Below are positions 7,893-16,068 of a stretch of 64,000 nt of DNA, piece by piece. The number at the start of each line of letters is the position of its first letter. Position 1 is the first letter of the stretch. Under the pieces are notes generated by a model. The model saw only the letters and a program-made list of their open reading frames with translations. It was not told where the DNA came from and made no database searches. The DNA comes from Solirubrobacteraceae bacterium (GTDB lineage: Bacteria > Actinomycetota > Thermoleophilia > Solirubrobacterales > Solirubrobacteraceae), in NCBI GenBank assembly GCA_036271095.1, contig DATBBG010000060.1, forward strand, positions 16,253 through 80,252. The letters are read 5' to 3'. A program made the position numbers and the translations under genes.

Positions 7893-10160
7893 CTAGCGCA
7901 CCTTCACACGCAGCGCGCGCGAGCCGATGCTCGAGCGGCCGCTGTCGCCGGCCCATTGCGCGACGAACACCGACGAGGCGCCGATGTGCCACGTCGTCGT
8001 GAAGCTGCCGCCGTTCGCGCCGGCCGTCGCCGTCTGGTGCTGCCACTGGCCCCCGGCGAGGTTGCGCCGCGAGACGACGATCTGCTCGCCGCCCTGCGCG
8101 CCGCCGAGCACGCCGTCGATCCGCACCACGCCGCGCGCCTTCTTCAGCTTCTTGCGCGCGATGTGAGCCGTCTTCGTCGCGATCGTCAGCGGCGAGGCCG
8201 CTCCCGCGTCGCCGCCTGAGTTGGTGAAGAACAGCAGCCGTTCGTCGGCCGGCGCGCCCGATCCGCCAGGCGCGTCGAGCAGCGCGAACGCGTTCGACGC
8301 GCCTTCGGCGACCAGTCCGCTCGCCGCGACGTGGCCGAGCCCGATCAGCTGTGGATGCCAGCTGTTGCCGCCGTCGGCCGTGTGCAGCACGTATGCGTTG
8401 CTCGTGTCGGCGCCGAACGAGCTGACCGTGAGGAACGCGTGCGCAGCATCGGCGAAGTCGACGCTCGTCGCGCTGCTCGTGCCGGTCGCGAGGACTTCTG
8501 CCCAACTGCGTCCGCCATTGCGCGTCTGCCACAGGCGGCCTTGCGTGTCGAGCAGCATGCCGCTCGCCGCGCTGATGAACGAGACATCGCGGATCGAGAT
8601 CTTCGACTTGCCCTTCTTGTTCGTCAGTGGCAGGCGCAACGCCGTCCAGCTCGCGCCGCCGTTCGTCGAGCGGATCAGCGCGCGCGCACCGAACGCGAAC
8701 GCAGTCGATCCGGCGAGCTCGACGTCGGACACGCGCGCCTTCGCCGCCACCGCGCCGCTGACCGGGTTGAAGCGACCGCCGCCGGTCGAGCGGTACACGC
8801 CGACCGGTCCGACGAGCAGCACCGAGCCGCCGACCGCCGCCACCGCGTCGGCCGGTCGCGTCGTGCCCGGATCGAGCGTGCGCCAGCTTGTGCCGCCGTT
8901 CGTCGTCAGCTGCAGGCCGCCTGTCGCGTCGAGCGCGTAGCCGACTGACGGCGAGGCGAACGAAGCGTCGATCAGGTTCGCCGAGGTCTGCGTCGCGAGC
9001 GTGCTCCAGCTCGCTCCGCCGTTCGTCGAGATCGCCAGCACGCCGTTCGAGCCCGCCGCGTAGACGAGCCCGTTCGGCCCGGTGCGCAGCCGCGAGTACT
9101 GCCCGCCGATGTCGCTGCTGATCGTCGCGAACGTCGCGCCGCCGTCGTTCGACACGACCGTCGTCCCGCCGATGCCCACGCCGACGACGCGCGTGGCGTT
9201 GGAGTACGCGGCACCGAGGATCGGTGCGCTCGACGGCGTGATCGTGCTTGACGTCGCGCCGCCATCGCTGGTGCGAACGAGATGTGAGCCGCCGGCGATC
9301 GTCAGCGTGCAGGTCTTCGGTTCGGCGCAGTCGATCGAGTTGAAGCTGTTGCCGGCGGCGATCGGCTCGCTCGTCCACGTCGCGCCGCCGTCGGCGCTGC
9401 TCAGCAGCGTGTTCGGGCCGATCGCGAACGCGTGCGTCGCGTCGATGAAGTGCACCGAACCGACGTTCGCCGCCGGCAGCGTGACCGGCGTCCAGGAGAC
9501 GCCGCCGTCGCTCGTCTTGTACTCGGTGCTCTGGCCGCCGCCCGGCGGTCCGGCGAAGACGATGCCGCTCGTCGGGCTCGTGAAGTGAACGTCGATGCCG
9601 ACGTTGCCGCCGCCGCCGCTCGAGGCTCCGGTGCCCGGCACACCGGTGGCGCGCGAGAAGGAGTTACCGCCGTCGCTGGTCGACAGCACCGAGCCGTCGC
9701 CCAAGAGCAGGAAGCCGACCTGCGCCGAGACGAAGCTGAACGCTTGCACCTGATCTGGGCAGTTGGCTTCTGCGACGGTGAAGATCTTCGTGAACACTTC
9801 GCCACCGTCGGTCGAGATCCGCAGGATGCAGCCATTCGCACTGCCGACGACGACCGTGTTCGCGTCGACGATCTGCACGCGCGTCAGTTCGCCAGAGGTG
9901 CCCGTCGCCAGGCCGCTCCACGTCGCGCCGCCGTCGAGCGTCTTCAGCGCCGTTCCGTTGTCGCCTACGGCATAGCCAAGCGATCCTGCGAAGGCGATCG
10001 CGTTGAGCGTGTTGCCCTGCGGCGTCGGATTGCCCCACGCCCAGCCCGATTGACTGACGGCCACCGATGCGAACGCCGAGCCGGCCGCGCAGAGCGCGAG
10101 TACAGACGTGGCGATCAAGCAGATGGCAAGTCTCGATACGCGACCAGGCGCTGCGCGCAT
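7893..10160 (-). CDS. Secreted BNR/Asp-box (YCF48-like) beta-propeller protein with a basic C-terminal Ig-like domain
   Basis: Signal peptide and more than 10 (S/T)xDGGx(S/T)(W/F) or TNGG Asp-box repeats; AAGGGGGG RBS before ATG. Confidence 0.85.
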   Translation of the reverse strand: MRAAPGRVSRLAICLIATSVLALCAAGSAFASVAVSQSGWAWGNPTPQGNTLNAIAFAGSLGYAVGDNGTALKTLDGGATWSGLATGTSGELTRVQIVDANTVVVGSANGCILRISTDGGEVFTKIFTVAEANCPDQVQAFSFVSAQVGFLLLGDGSVLSTSDGGNSFSRATGVPGTGASSGGGGNVGIDVHFTSPTSGIVFAGPPGGGQSTEYKTSDGGVSWTPVTLPAANVGSVHFIDATHAFAIGPNTLLSSADGGATWTSEPIAAGNSFNSIDCAEPKTCTLTIAGGSHLVRTSDGGATSSTITPSSAPILGAAYSNATRVVGVGIGGTTVVSNDGGATFATISSDIGGQYSRLRTGPNGLVYAAGSNGVLAISTNGGASWSTLATQTSANLIDASFASPSVGYALDATGGLQLTTNGGTSWRTLDPGTTRPADAVAAVGGSVLLVGPVGVYRSTGGGRFNPVSGAVAAKARVSDVELAGSTAFAFGARALIRSTNGGASWTALRLPLTNKKGKSKISIRDVSFISAASGMLLDTQGRLWQTRNGGRSWAEVLATGTSSATSVDFADAAHAFLTVSSFGADTSNAYVLHTADGGNSWHPQLIGLGHVAASGLVAEGASNAFALLDAPGGSGAPADERLLFFTNSGGDAGAASPLTIATKTAHIARKKLKKARGVVRIDGVLGGAQGGEQIVVSRRNLAGGQWQHQTATAGANGGSFTTTWHIGASSVFVAQWAGDSGRSSIGSRALRVKVR

Positions 10161-10259
10161 GCTGCCCCCCTTGCGTCGACGATTGGAATCGGTCCGCAGC
10201 ATCGCACGCGGGCTCGATGGCAGAGAGAACCCGCGCGCCCGCAAGAAGTCGCGCAGCGC

Positions 10260-10314
10260 ACTTAGGAAATCCTGAGGTTGCCCACAGCAGCGGCTCAGGC
10301 GCGCGGCTGATACT
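10260..10314 (+). promoter_or_regulatory. Four hexamers at 11-bp spacing plus a -10 element of a leaderless promoter
   Basis: ACTTAG 10260, CCTGAG 10271, CCACAG 10282, GCTCAG 10293, then GATACT 10309-10314 and ATG 10322. Confidence 0.6.
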
Positions 10315-10321
10315 GGCTGCC

Positions 10322-10930
10322 ATGAGCGCCCTGACCGCAACGATCGCAACGGCTGTCGGTCCGCATTTGTACTGGATCACGAGCCGTGCGGCGGGCACTG
10401 CAGCGCTGCTGCTGTCGAGCGTCTCGGTCTGCGTCGGGCTCTCGATCGGCAGCCGGCTGGCGCGCGGGCGCCTCGGCGAGCTGCGGATCGCGCACGAGGC
10501 GCTCTCGCTGGCAACGATCGCGACGCTGCTCGTGCACGTCTTCACGCTGCTCGGCGACGGCTTCCTGCATCCAAGCGTCGCCGCGCTGACGCTGCCGTTC
10601 GTCAGCGGCTACGAGACGCTGTGGACGACGATCGGCGTCGTCGCCTTCTGGGCGATGCTCGCGCTCGGCCTCTCCTACTACGCACGCGGTCGCATCGGTG
10701 CGCAGCGCTGGCGCATGCTGCACCGCTTCACGGCGCTCGCGTGGGTGCTCGGGCTCGCGCACTCGCTCGGCGAGGGCACCGACGCCGGCCAGGCCTGGTT
10801 TCTCGTGATGGTCGCAATTGTCGCTCTGCCCGCACTCGTGCTGCTGCTCGGACGCTGGATCAAGCGCTCGTCCACGCCGGGCGTGCAAGCCGGCGCGGTG
10901 CGCGCCTCGACCGTCGGGCCGGCGCGATGA
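10322..10930 (+). CDS. Ferric reductase-like (MsrQ-like) transmembrane cytochrome b
   Basis: YWITSRAAG, two His pairs (AHEALS..LVH; WRMLH..LAH..GEGTD), about 5 TM. Confidence 0.88.
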   Translation: MSALTATIATAVGPHLYWITSRAAGTAALLLSSVSVCVGLSIGSRLARGRLGELRIAHEALSLATIATLLVHVFTLLGDGFLHPSVAALTLPFVSGYETLWTTIGVVAFWAMLALGLSYYARGRIGAQRWRMLHRFTALAWVLGLAHSLGEGTDAGQAWFLVMVAIVALPALVLLLGRWIKRSSTPGVQAGAVRASTVGPAR

Positions 10931-11454
10931 CCAAGCGCGAAGCGAGAGCCCTCGCGAGCGACCGCCGCGAGCACCTGCGCCGCCGCGCGCGGCGCATCAG
11001 GCGCTCGGTCGCGGCCGTCACGGCCGCGCTGTTCACGACGGTCTTCCTCGTCGTCTACGTGCAGCTCGCCTCCGGGCACGACCCGGCGCTGTCGGCCTCC
11101 TCGAAAGCTCGGCAGACGAGCGTCAGCCACAAATCGACAGGCAGCACGTCGACGAGCAAATCGACGAGCGGCGAAGCGAGCGGAAAATCGACGAGCGGCG
11201 AAGCGAGCGGATCGAGTGCGACCGGCGGATCGAGCGAAACCGGCTCGGCGGAGTCGAGCGCGACCGAATCCGGCTCGACCGAATCGAGCGCGACCGAATC
11301 CGGCTCGGCCGAATCGAGCTCCGACGCCGACGAAACGAGCGCGACCGAATCGGGCTCGGGTGAATCGGGCGGCGGCGAATCGAGCTCCGCCGGTTCCGGG
11401 TCCGAAGGATCATCGTCTTCAGAACCGAGCTCCGTGACGACGTCGCAGTCATGA
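10927..11454 (+). CDS. Single-TM protein with an S/T/G/E-rich repetitive tail ending VTTSQS; candidate ApbE flavinylation substrate
   Basis: Arg-rich N-terminus, one hydrophobic helix, repeats KSTSGEASG x2 and ESSATESGS; ATGA-coupled to both neighbours. Confidence 0.75.
   Translation: MTKREARALASDRREHLRRRARRIRRSVAAVTAALFTTVFLVVYVQLASGHDPALSASSKARQTSVSHKSTGSTSTSKSTSGEASGKSTSGEASGSSATGGSSETGSAESSATESGSTESSATESGSAESSSDADETSATESGSGESGGGESSSAGSGSEGSSSSEPSSVTTSQS
11158..11310 (+). repeat. In-frame coding tandem repeats (27 bp x2; 30 bp x2)
   Basis: aaatcgacgagcggcgaagcgagcgga at 11158 and 11185; gaRtcgagcgcgaccgaatccggctcgRcc at 11251 and 11281. Confidence 0.85.
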
Positions 11455-12479
11455 CTTCAAGCGGCGAGCAGATCGAGCGCTTCGACTGCTTCGGCTCGTC
11501 CTGCTCAGTGCTCGTCGACGGCGCCGACGGCATGCGCTCTGCGCGCGAGGCGGTTCTCGGCGCGCGCCGATCGCTCGAACGCTGGCACGAGCGCTTCTCG
11601 CGCTTCGAGCCCGGCAGCGAGCTCTCGCTGTTGAACGCCGATCGGCGAATCGTCGTGCCGGCGAGCGGGCTGCTCGTGCGGCTGGCAGCGGCCGTGCGCT
11701 TCGCCGGCGAGCTGTCCGGCGGCCTCGTCGACGCGACGCTCCTCGAGCAGATCGAGCGCGCCGGCTACGCCGACGACCTCGCTGAGACGCTCGCGCTCGG
11801 CGACACGCTCGCGCTCGCGTCTGAGCGCAAGGCTGCGGCGGCCAGCGGCGCGGCCGGTTGGCGCAGGGTCGCGGCAGACGCGCGCGGCGGCACGATCACG
11901 CGCCCGCCCGGCGTACGCATCGACGGCGGCGGGCTGGCGAAGGGCGTCTTCGCCGACGTGCTGGCCGAGCGCCTCGCCGGGCACGCCGGCTTCGCCGTCG
12001 ACTGCGCCGGCGACCTTGCGCTCGGCGGTCGTGCGCAGCCGACTCGGCGAGTGCACGTCGAGAGCCCGTTCGATGCGAGCGTGCTGCACACGTTCGAGCT
12101 CGATCGCAGCGGCGTCGCGACGAGCGGCATCACGCGCCGCAGCTGGCTGGCCGCCGACGGGCGCTCGGCGCATCACCTGCTCGATCCGGCAACGGGCATG
12201 CCGGCGTTCACCGGAATCGTGCAGAGCACGGCGCTCGCGCCGAGCGCGCTCGAGGCCGAGGTGCGCGCCAAGGCAGCGCTGCTCTCCGGCCCGAGCGCAG
12301 CGCGCAGCTGGCTGCGCTACGGCGGCGTCGTCGTATTCGAGGACGGCTCGCACGAGGTGCACGAGCCGCCGCAGCGCGTCACGCTCGAGCAGCTCTCGGG
12401 ATTCTCCGGCGCTCGCGCTCAGCCGGCGCCGAACCGCGCCGACTCGTGCGAGCCGCCGGTCGCGTCGCCCTCGCTGTAG
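11451..12479 (+). CDS. apbE: FAD:protein FMN transferase (ApbE family)
   Basis: FSRFEPGSELSLLN, GLVDAT, IDGGGLAKG..AD, VATSG, HHLLDPATGMP motifs; no obvious signal peptide. Confidence 0.92.
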   Translation: MTSSGEQIERFDCFGSSCSVLVDGADGMRSAREAVLGARRSLERWHERFSRFEPGSELSLLNADRRIVVPASGLLVRLAAAVRFAGELSGGLVDATLLEQIERAGYADDLAETLALGDTLALASERKAAAASGAAGWRRVAADARGGTITRPPGVRIDGGGLAKGVFADVLAERLAGHAGFAVDCAGDLALGGRAQPTRRVHVESPFDASVLHTFELDRSGVATSGITRRSWLAADGRSAHHLLDPATGMPAFTGIVQSTALAPSALEAEVRAKAALLSGPSAARSWLRYGGVVVFEDGSHEVHEPPQRVTLEQLSGFSGARAQPAPNRADSCEPPVASPSL

Positions 12480-13247
12480 GCGTGCGCGCCGGCGCCGGCG
12501 AGCGCGCCGCCGTCGACGATCAGGTACTAATCGCGAATCGGCTGCCCGTCGAAGAAGCACTCGAGGATCTCGCGCGCGCCGGCCGCGTAGCGCGCCTGCG
12601 CCGAGAGCGTTGTTCCTGAGGTGTGCGGCGTCATCCCCTCGTGCGGCATCGAGCGCCACGGATGGTCTTTCGGCGGCGGCTGCGGGAACCAGACGTCGCC
12701 GGCATCGCGATCAGCTGCTCGTCGAACGGGTTCTCCGTCTCGGGGTGAAGCAGCGCGTTGATCGTGACGACGTCGCAGACAGGTCGACGTGGTCGGAGCC
12801 GATGCCAGCCGTCAGCGCGAGCTTCAGCTTCGGCGCCTTTGCGATCCGCTCGGCCGTCAGGTAGGCGGCCAGAACGGCTGTGAGATGACGACGTCGGCGT
12901 CTGGAAGCTCGCGCTCGAAGACCGGGTCGGACGTCGGCGTCTGGAAGCTCGCGCTCGAAGACCGAGTCGGACGTCGGCGTCTGGAAGCTCGCGCTCGAAG
13001 ACCGAGTCGGGTCCGTCCTTGTCGGAGGTCACGACGAGCGTGTGCCCGCGCTCCTCCAGGAACTTGCGCAGGCTGAGCTCGCCCGAGACGCTGCCGAGCA
13101 GCTCGCCCGGCGTGAAGTCGATCGCCTGCGGGCTCGGCGTCGTCTGCCCATCCGCGCAGCGCTCGATCCGCGGGACGTCGTCGCGCGCGTAGGACGGCGG
13201 GCCGCCGTCGATCGGATCGTCATAGAGAACGCCAGCGCCTTTGCCAC
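12419..13247 (-). pseudogene. fdh: NAD-dependent formate dehydrogenase, disrupted
   Basis: Fragments [79 protein letters not shown] lie in different frames; in-frame TAG at 12527-12529; two large internal deletions; GGAGG RBS before GTG 13247. Confidence 0.92.
12891..13010. repeat. 40-bp tandem triplication inside the fdh pseudogene
   Basis: acgtcggcgtctggaagctcgcgctcgaagaccgRgtcgg at 12891, 12931 and 12971. Confidence 0.95.
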
Positions 13248-13288
13248 GGCCAAACCCCTCCTTCGACGTTTCGGACATAATCGCAGCG

Positions 13289-14281
13289 ATGAGGGCGGTG
13301 CAGATCGTGGAGGAAACGGGGCCTGACAGCGCGCTGCGCCTGGTCGAGCTGCCCGAGCCCGAGCCGTCGCACATGCTGACTCCGGGCGAAGGCGTGCTCG
13401 TCGAGGTGTATGCCGCCGGCGTCTCCTTCCCCGAGGTGCTGCAGACGCGCGGCGCCTACCAGGTCAAACCGCCGCTGCCGTTCGTGCCCGGCAGCGAGGT
13501 CGGCGGCATCGTCCGCAGCGCGCCCGAGGGCGCGTCGGTCAAGGCCGGCGATCGCGTCGCCGCGTTCTGCGCGCTCGGCGGCTTCGCCGAGGTCGCGGTC
13601 GCGCCGGAGTACTTCACCTTCGCGCTGCCCGACGCGCTCGACTTCGCGCAGGGCGCAAGCTTGATCCTCAACTACCACACGGCCTACTTCTCGCTCGTCA
13701 CGCGCGGCCGCCTGCGCAAGGGCGAGACGGTGCTCGTGCATGGCGCTGCCGGCGGCGTCGGCACGGCGACGCTGCAGGTCGCCAAGGCGCTCGGCGCGCA
13801 CACGATCGCGCTCGTCTCGAGCGAGGCGAAGGCGCGTGTCGCGCAGGAGGCCGGCGCCGAGCAGACGCTGCTGCTCGGCGAGCACTGGAAGGACGAGGTC
13901 AAGGAGCTCTCCGGCGGCGGCGTCGACATGGTCGTCGATCCGGTCGGCGGCGATCGCTTCACCGACAGCCTGCGCTCGCTGCGCCCGAACGGCCGCGTCG
14001 TTGTCGTCGGCTTCACCGGCGGCTCGATTCCGGAAGTCAAAGTCAACCGGTTGCTGCTCGGCAACACCGAGGTGATCGGCGCCGGCTGGGGCGCTTACGT
14101 GATGGGTCGCCCCGACGTCAACCGCGAGATCGGCGCGGCGATCGAGACGATGATCGAGCAGGGCTTCGTCCGCCCGATCGTCGGCGAGCGCTTCCCGCTG
14201 GAGCGCGCCGTCGAGGCGCTGCATGCGATCGACGAGCGCCGCGCGACCGGCAAGGTCGTGCTCGACGTTCGCGAGCCCTGA
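13289..14281 (+). CDS. NADPH:quinone oxidoreductase (zeta-crystallin/MDR family)
   Basis: [34 protein letters not shown]. Confidence 0.92.
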   Translation: MRAVQIVEETGPDSALRLVELPEPEPSHMLTPGEGVLVEVYAAGVSFPEVLQTRGAYQVKPPLPFVPGSEVGGIVRSAPEGASVKAGDRVAAFCALGGFAEVAVAPEYFTFALPDALDFAQGASLILNYHTAYFSLVTRGRLRKGETVLVHGAAGGVGTATLQVAKALGAHTIALVSSEAKARVAQEAGAEQTLLLGEHWKDEVKELSGGGVDMVVDPVGGDRFTDSLRSLRPNGRVVVVGFTGGSIPEVKVNRLLLGNTEVIGAGWGAYVMGRPDVNREIGAAIETMIEQGFVRPIVGERFPLERAVEALHAIDERRATGKVVLDVREP

Positions 14282-14332
14282 GCCCGCCGACGGCGCTCCC
14301 GCGGCAGCCGGGCCGGTGCCGACGCGCCGGCG

Positions 14333-15289
14333 CTAGTGCGGGTCGAGCAGCTCGCGCCAGGCCTGCGGATCGAGCGCCGGCGCCGGCTCGGTCGACTGCA
14401 GGAAGTCGCTCAGCACCTCGACGAAGCGCGCAGGCTCGTCGAGCTGCGGGAAGTGGCCTGAGCGCTCGAAGACCTCGAAGCGGCTCGATGCGATCTGCTC
14501 ATGCGCGGCCTCGCCGTGCGAGAGCGGAATGATCGAGTCGTGCGCGCCCCAGATCAGCAGGAACGGGATGTGCGCGGACAGGTGCAGGCGGCTGGAGGCG
14601 TCGACGCGCTGCCCGCCCGGCTCGACGACCGCGCGCAGCGTGTGCACGAACGCCGCGCGCGCCTCGGTGTCCGACAGCGTCGCGTGCCCGCGTGCGATCT
14701 CCTCGACGTCCGTGCGCGCGCGCAGCCCGAGCCGGCCGAGCGCGCTGCCGGCGACGCGCCCGGCGTCGAGCAGGCGCGTTGCCGCGAGCAGCGGCAGCAC
14801 GAACTCGGCGCCAGGCAGTGTCGCGGCGCGCAGCAGGATGTTGACCTCGCGCCCGAGCCCGCCTGAGTCGACGAGCGCGATCCGTTCGCAGCGCTCCGGG
14901 AACTGGTAGGCGAACTGCATCGCAATGCCGCCGCCGAGCGAGTGCCCGACGACGCTCGCGCGCTCGTGGCCGAGCACGACCATCAGGTCGCGCACGTTGC
15001 TCGCGTGCGCGCCAAGCGAGTAGTCGCCGCGCGGCTTGTCCGACTTGCCGTGGCCGATCAAGTCCGGCGCGATCACGGTGAAATGGCGAGCGAGCGGCCC
15101 GGCGACGCGCTTCCACGTAGCCGAGCTCGACGTGATCCCGTGGATCAGCACGAGCGTCGGCCCGCTGCCGGCTTCGCGGTAGGCGATCCGCTCGCCGTGC
15201 AGCGTCAGCTCTCGCAGCTGCGGCTGCGCCGGTGTCACCTCGCCGTCGCTCCCTGCGGCCTTGGGCTGCTCGGTTGCGCGTGCGCCCAT
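14333..15289 (-). CDS. Alpha/beta fold hydrolase
   Basis: LIHGI, APDLIGHGKS, nucleophile GHSLGG, IWGAHD, SGHFP. Confidence 0.92.
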   Translation of the reverse strand: MGARATEQPKAAGSDGEVTPAQPQLRELTLHGERIAYREAGSGPTLVLIHGITSSSATWKRVAGPLARHFTVIAPDLIGHGKSDKPRGDYSLGAHASNVRDLMVVLGHERASVVGHSLGGGIAMQFAYQFPERCERIALVDSGGLGREVNILLRAATLPGAEFVLPLLAATRLLDAGRVAGSALGRLGLRARTDVEEIARGHATLSDTEARAAFVHTLRAVVEPGGQRVDASSRLHLSAHIPFLLIWGAHDSIIPLSHGEAAHEQIASSRFEVFERSGHFPQLDEPARFVEVLSDFLQSTEPAPALDPQAWRELLDPH

Positions 15290-15393
15290 GCCGCCCTCTA
15301 CGCCGCTCGCGCCGGATCGTTACCTCTAAGAGCTGTGTATGAGTCGCTTGACGACGGCTCGCCGCGCGCGGGGCGTGAGTAACAATCGACACC

Positions 15394-16068
15394 ATGAAGC
15401 TGCTCGTAGTCGACGACGATCGCGCCGTGCGCGACGCGCTGCGCCGCGTGCTGACGCTCGCCGGCTACGACGTGCACACGGCCGAGGACGGCAGCGAGGC
15501 GATCGAGCAGGTCGTGCAGTCGGTCCCCGACGCAGTCCTGCTCGACGTCGGCATGCCCGAAATCGACGGCCTCGAGGTCTGCCGGCGCCTGCGCCTGCTC
15601 GGCAATCGCGTGCCGATCCTGATGCTGACGGCGCGCGTCGAGATCGAAGACCGCGTCGCCGGCCTCGACGCCGGCGCCGACGACTATCTCGTCAAGCCGT
15701 TCGACAACGCCGAGCTGAAGGCGCGCTTGCGCGCGCTGCTGCGCCGTACGCTGCCCGACGGCGATCCGGAGCAGCTGTCGTTTCACGAGGTCACGCTCGA
15801 CACCTCGCGCCACGGCGCCAACGTCGACGGGCGAATCGCCGAGCTGACGCGCACCGAGTATCAGCTGCTCGAACTGTTCTTGCGCAACCCGCGCACGGTG
15901 CTCACGCACGGCGTCATCTACGACCGCGTCTGGGGCTATGACTTCGGCCCGGCCTCGAACGCGCTGCGCGTCTACGTCGGCTACCTGCGCCGCAAGCTGC
16001 AGGAGATCGGCGCGCGCGATCTGATCCACACCGTGCGCGGCGTCGGCTACGTGATGCGCGAGCCGTGA
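15394..16068 (+). CDS. OmpR/PhoB-family response regulator (MprA-like)
   Basis: LVVDDD, LLDVGMP, GADDYLVKPF, VWGYDFGPASNALRVYVGYLRRK, TVRGVGY. Confidence 0.95.
   Translation: MKLLVVDDDRAVRDALRRVLTLAGYDVHTAEDGSEAIEQVVQSVPDAVLLDVGMPEIDGLEVCRRLRLLGNRVPILMLTARVEIEDRVAGLDAGADDYLVKPFDNAELKARLRALLRRTLPDGDPEQLSFHEVTLDTSRHGANVDGRIAELTRTEYQLLELFLRNPRTVLTHGVIYDRVWGYDFGPASNALRVYVGYLRRKLQEIGARDLIHTVRGVGYVMREP

Noticed and set aside
12891-13010. Possible CRISPR array (three 40-bp repeats)
   Set aside because: The units are directly adjacent with no spacers, derive from fdh coding sequence, and no cas genes are present
12631-13374. 247-aa ORF as a functional short formate dehydrogenase
   Set aside because: It joins frameshifted fragments and lacks the NAD-binding region and the catalytic C-terminus
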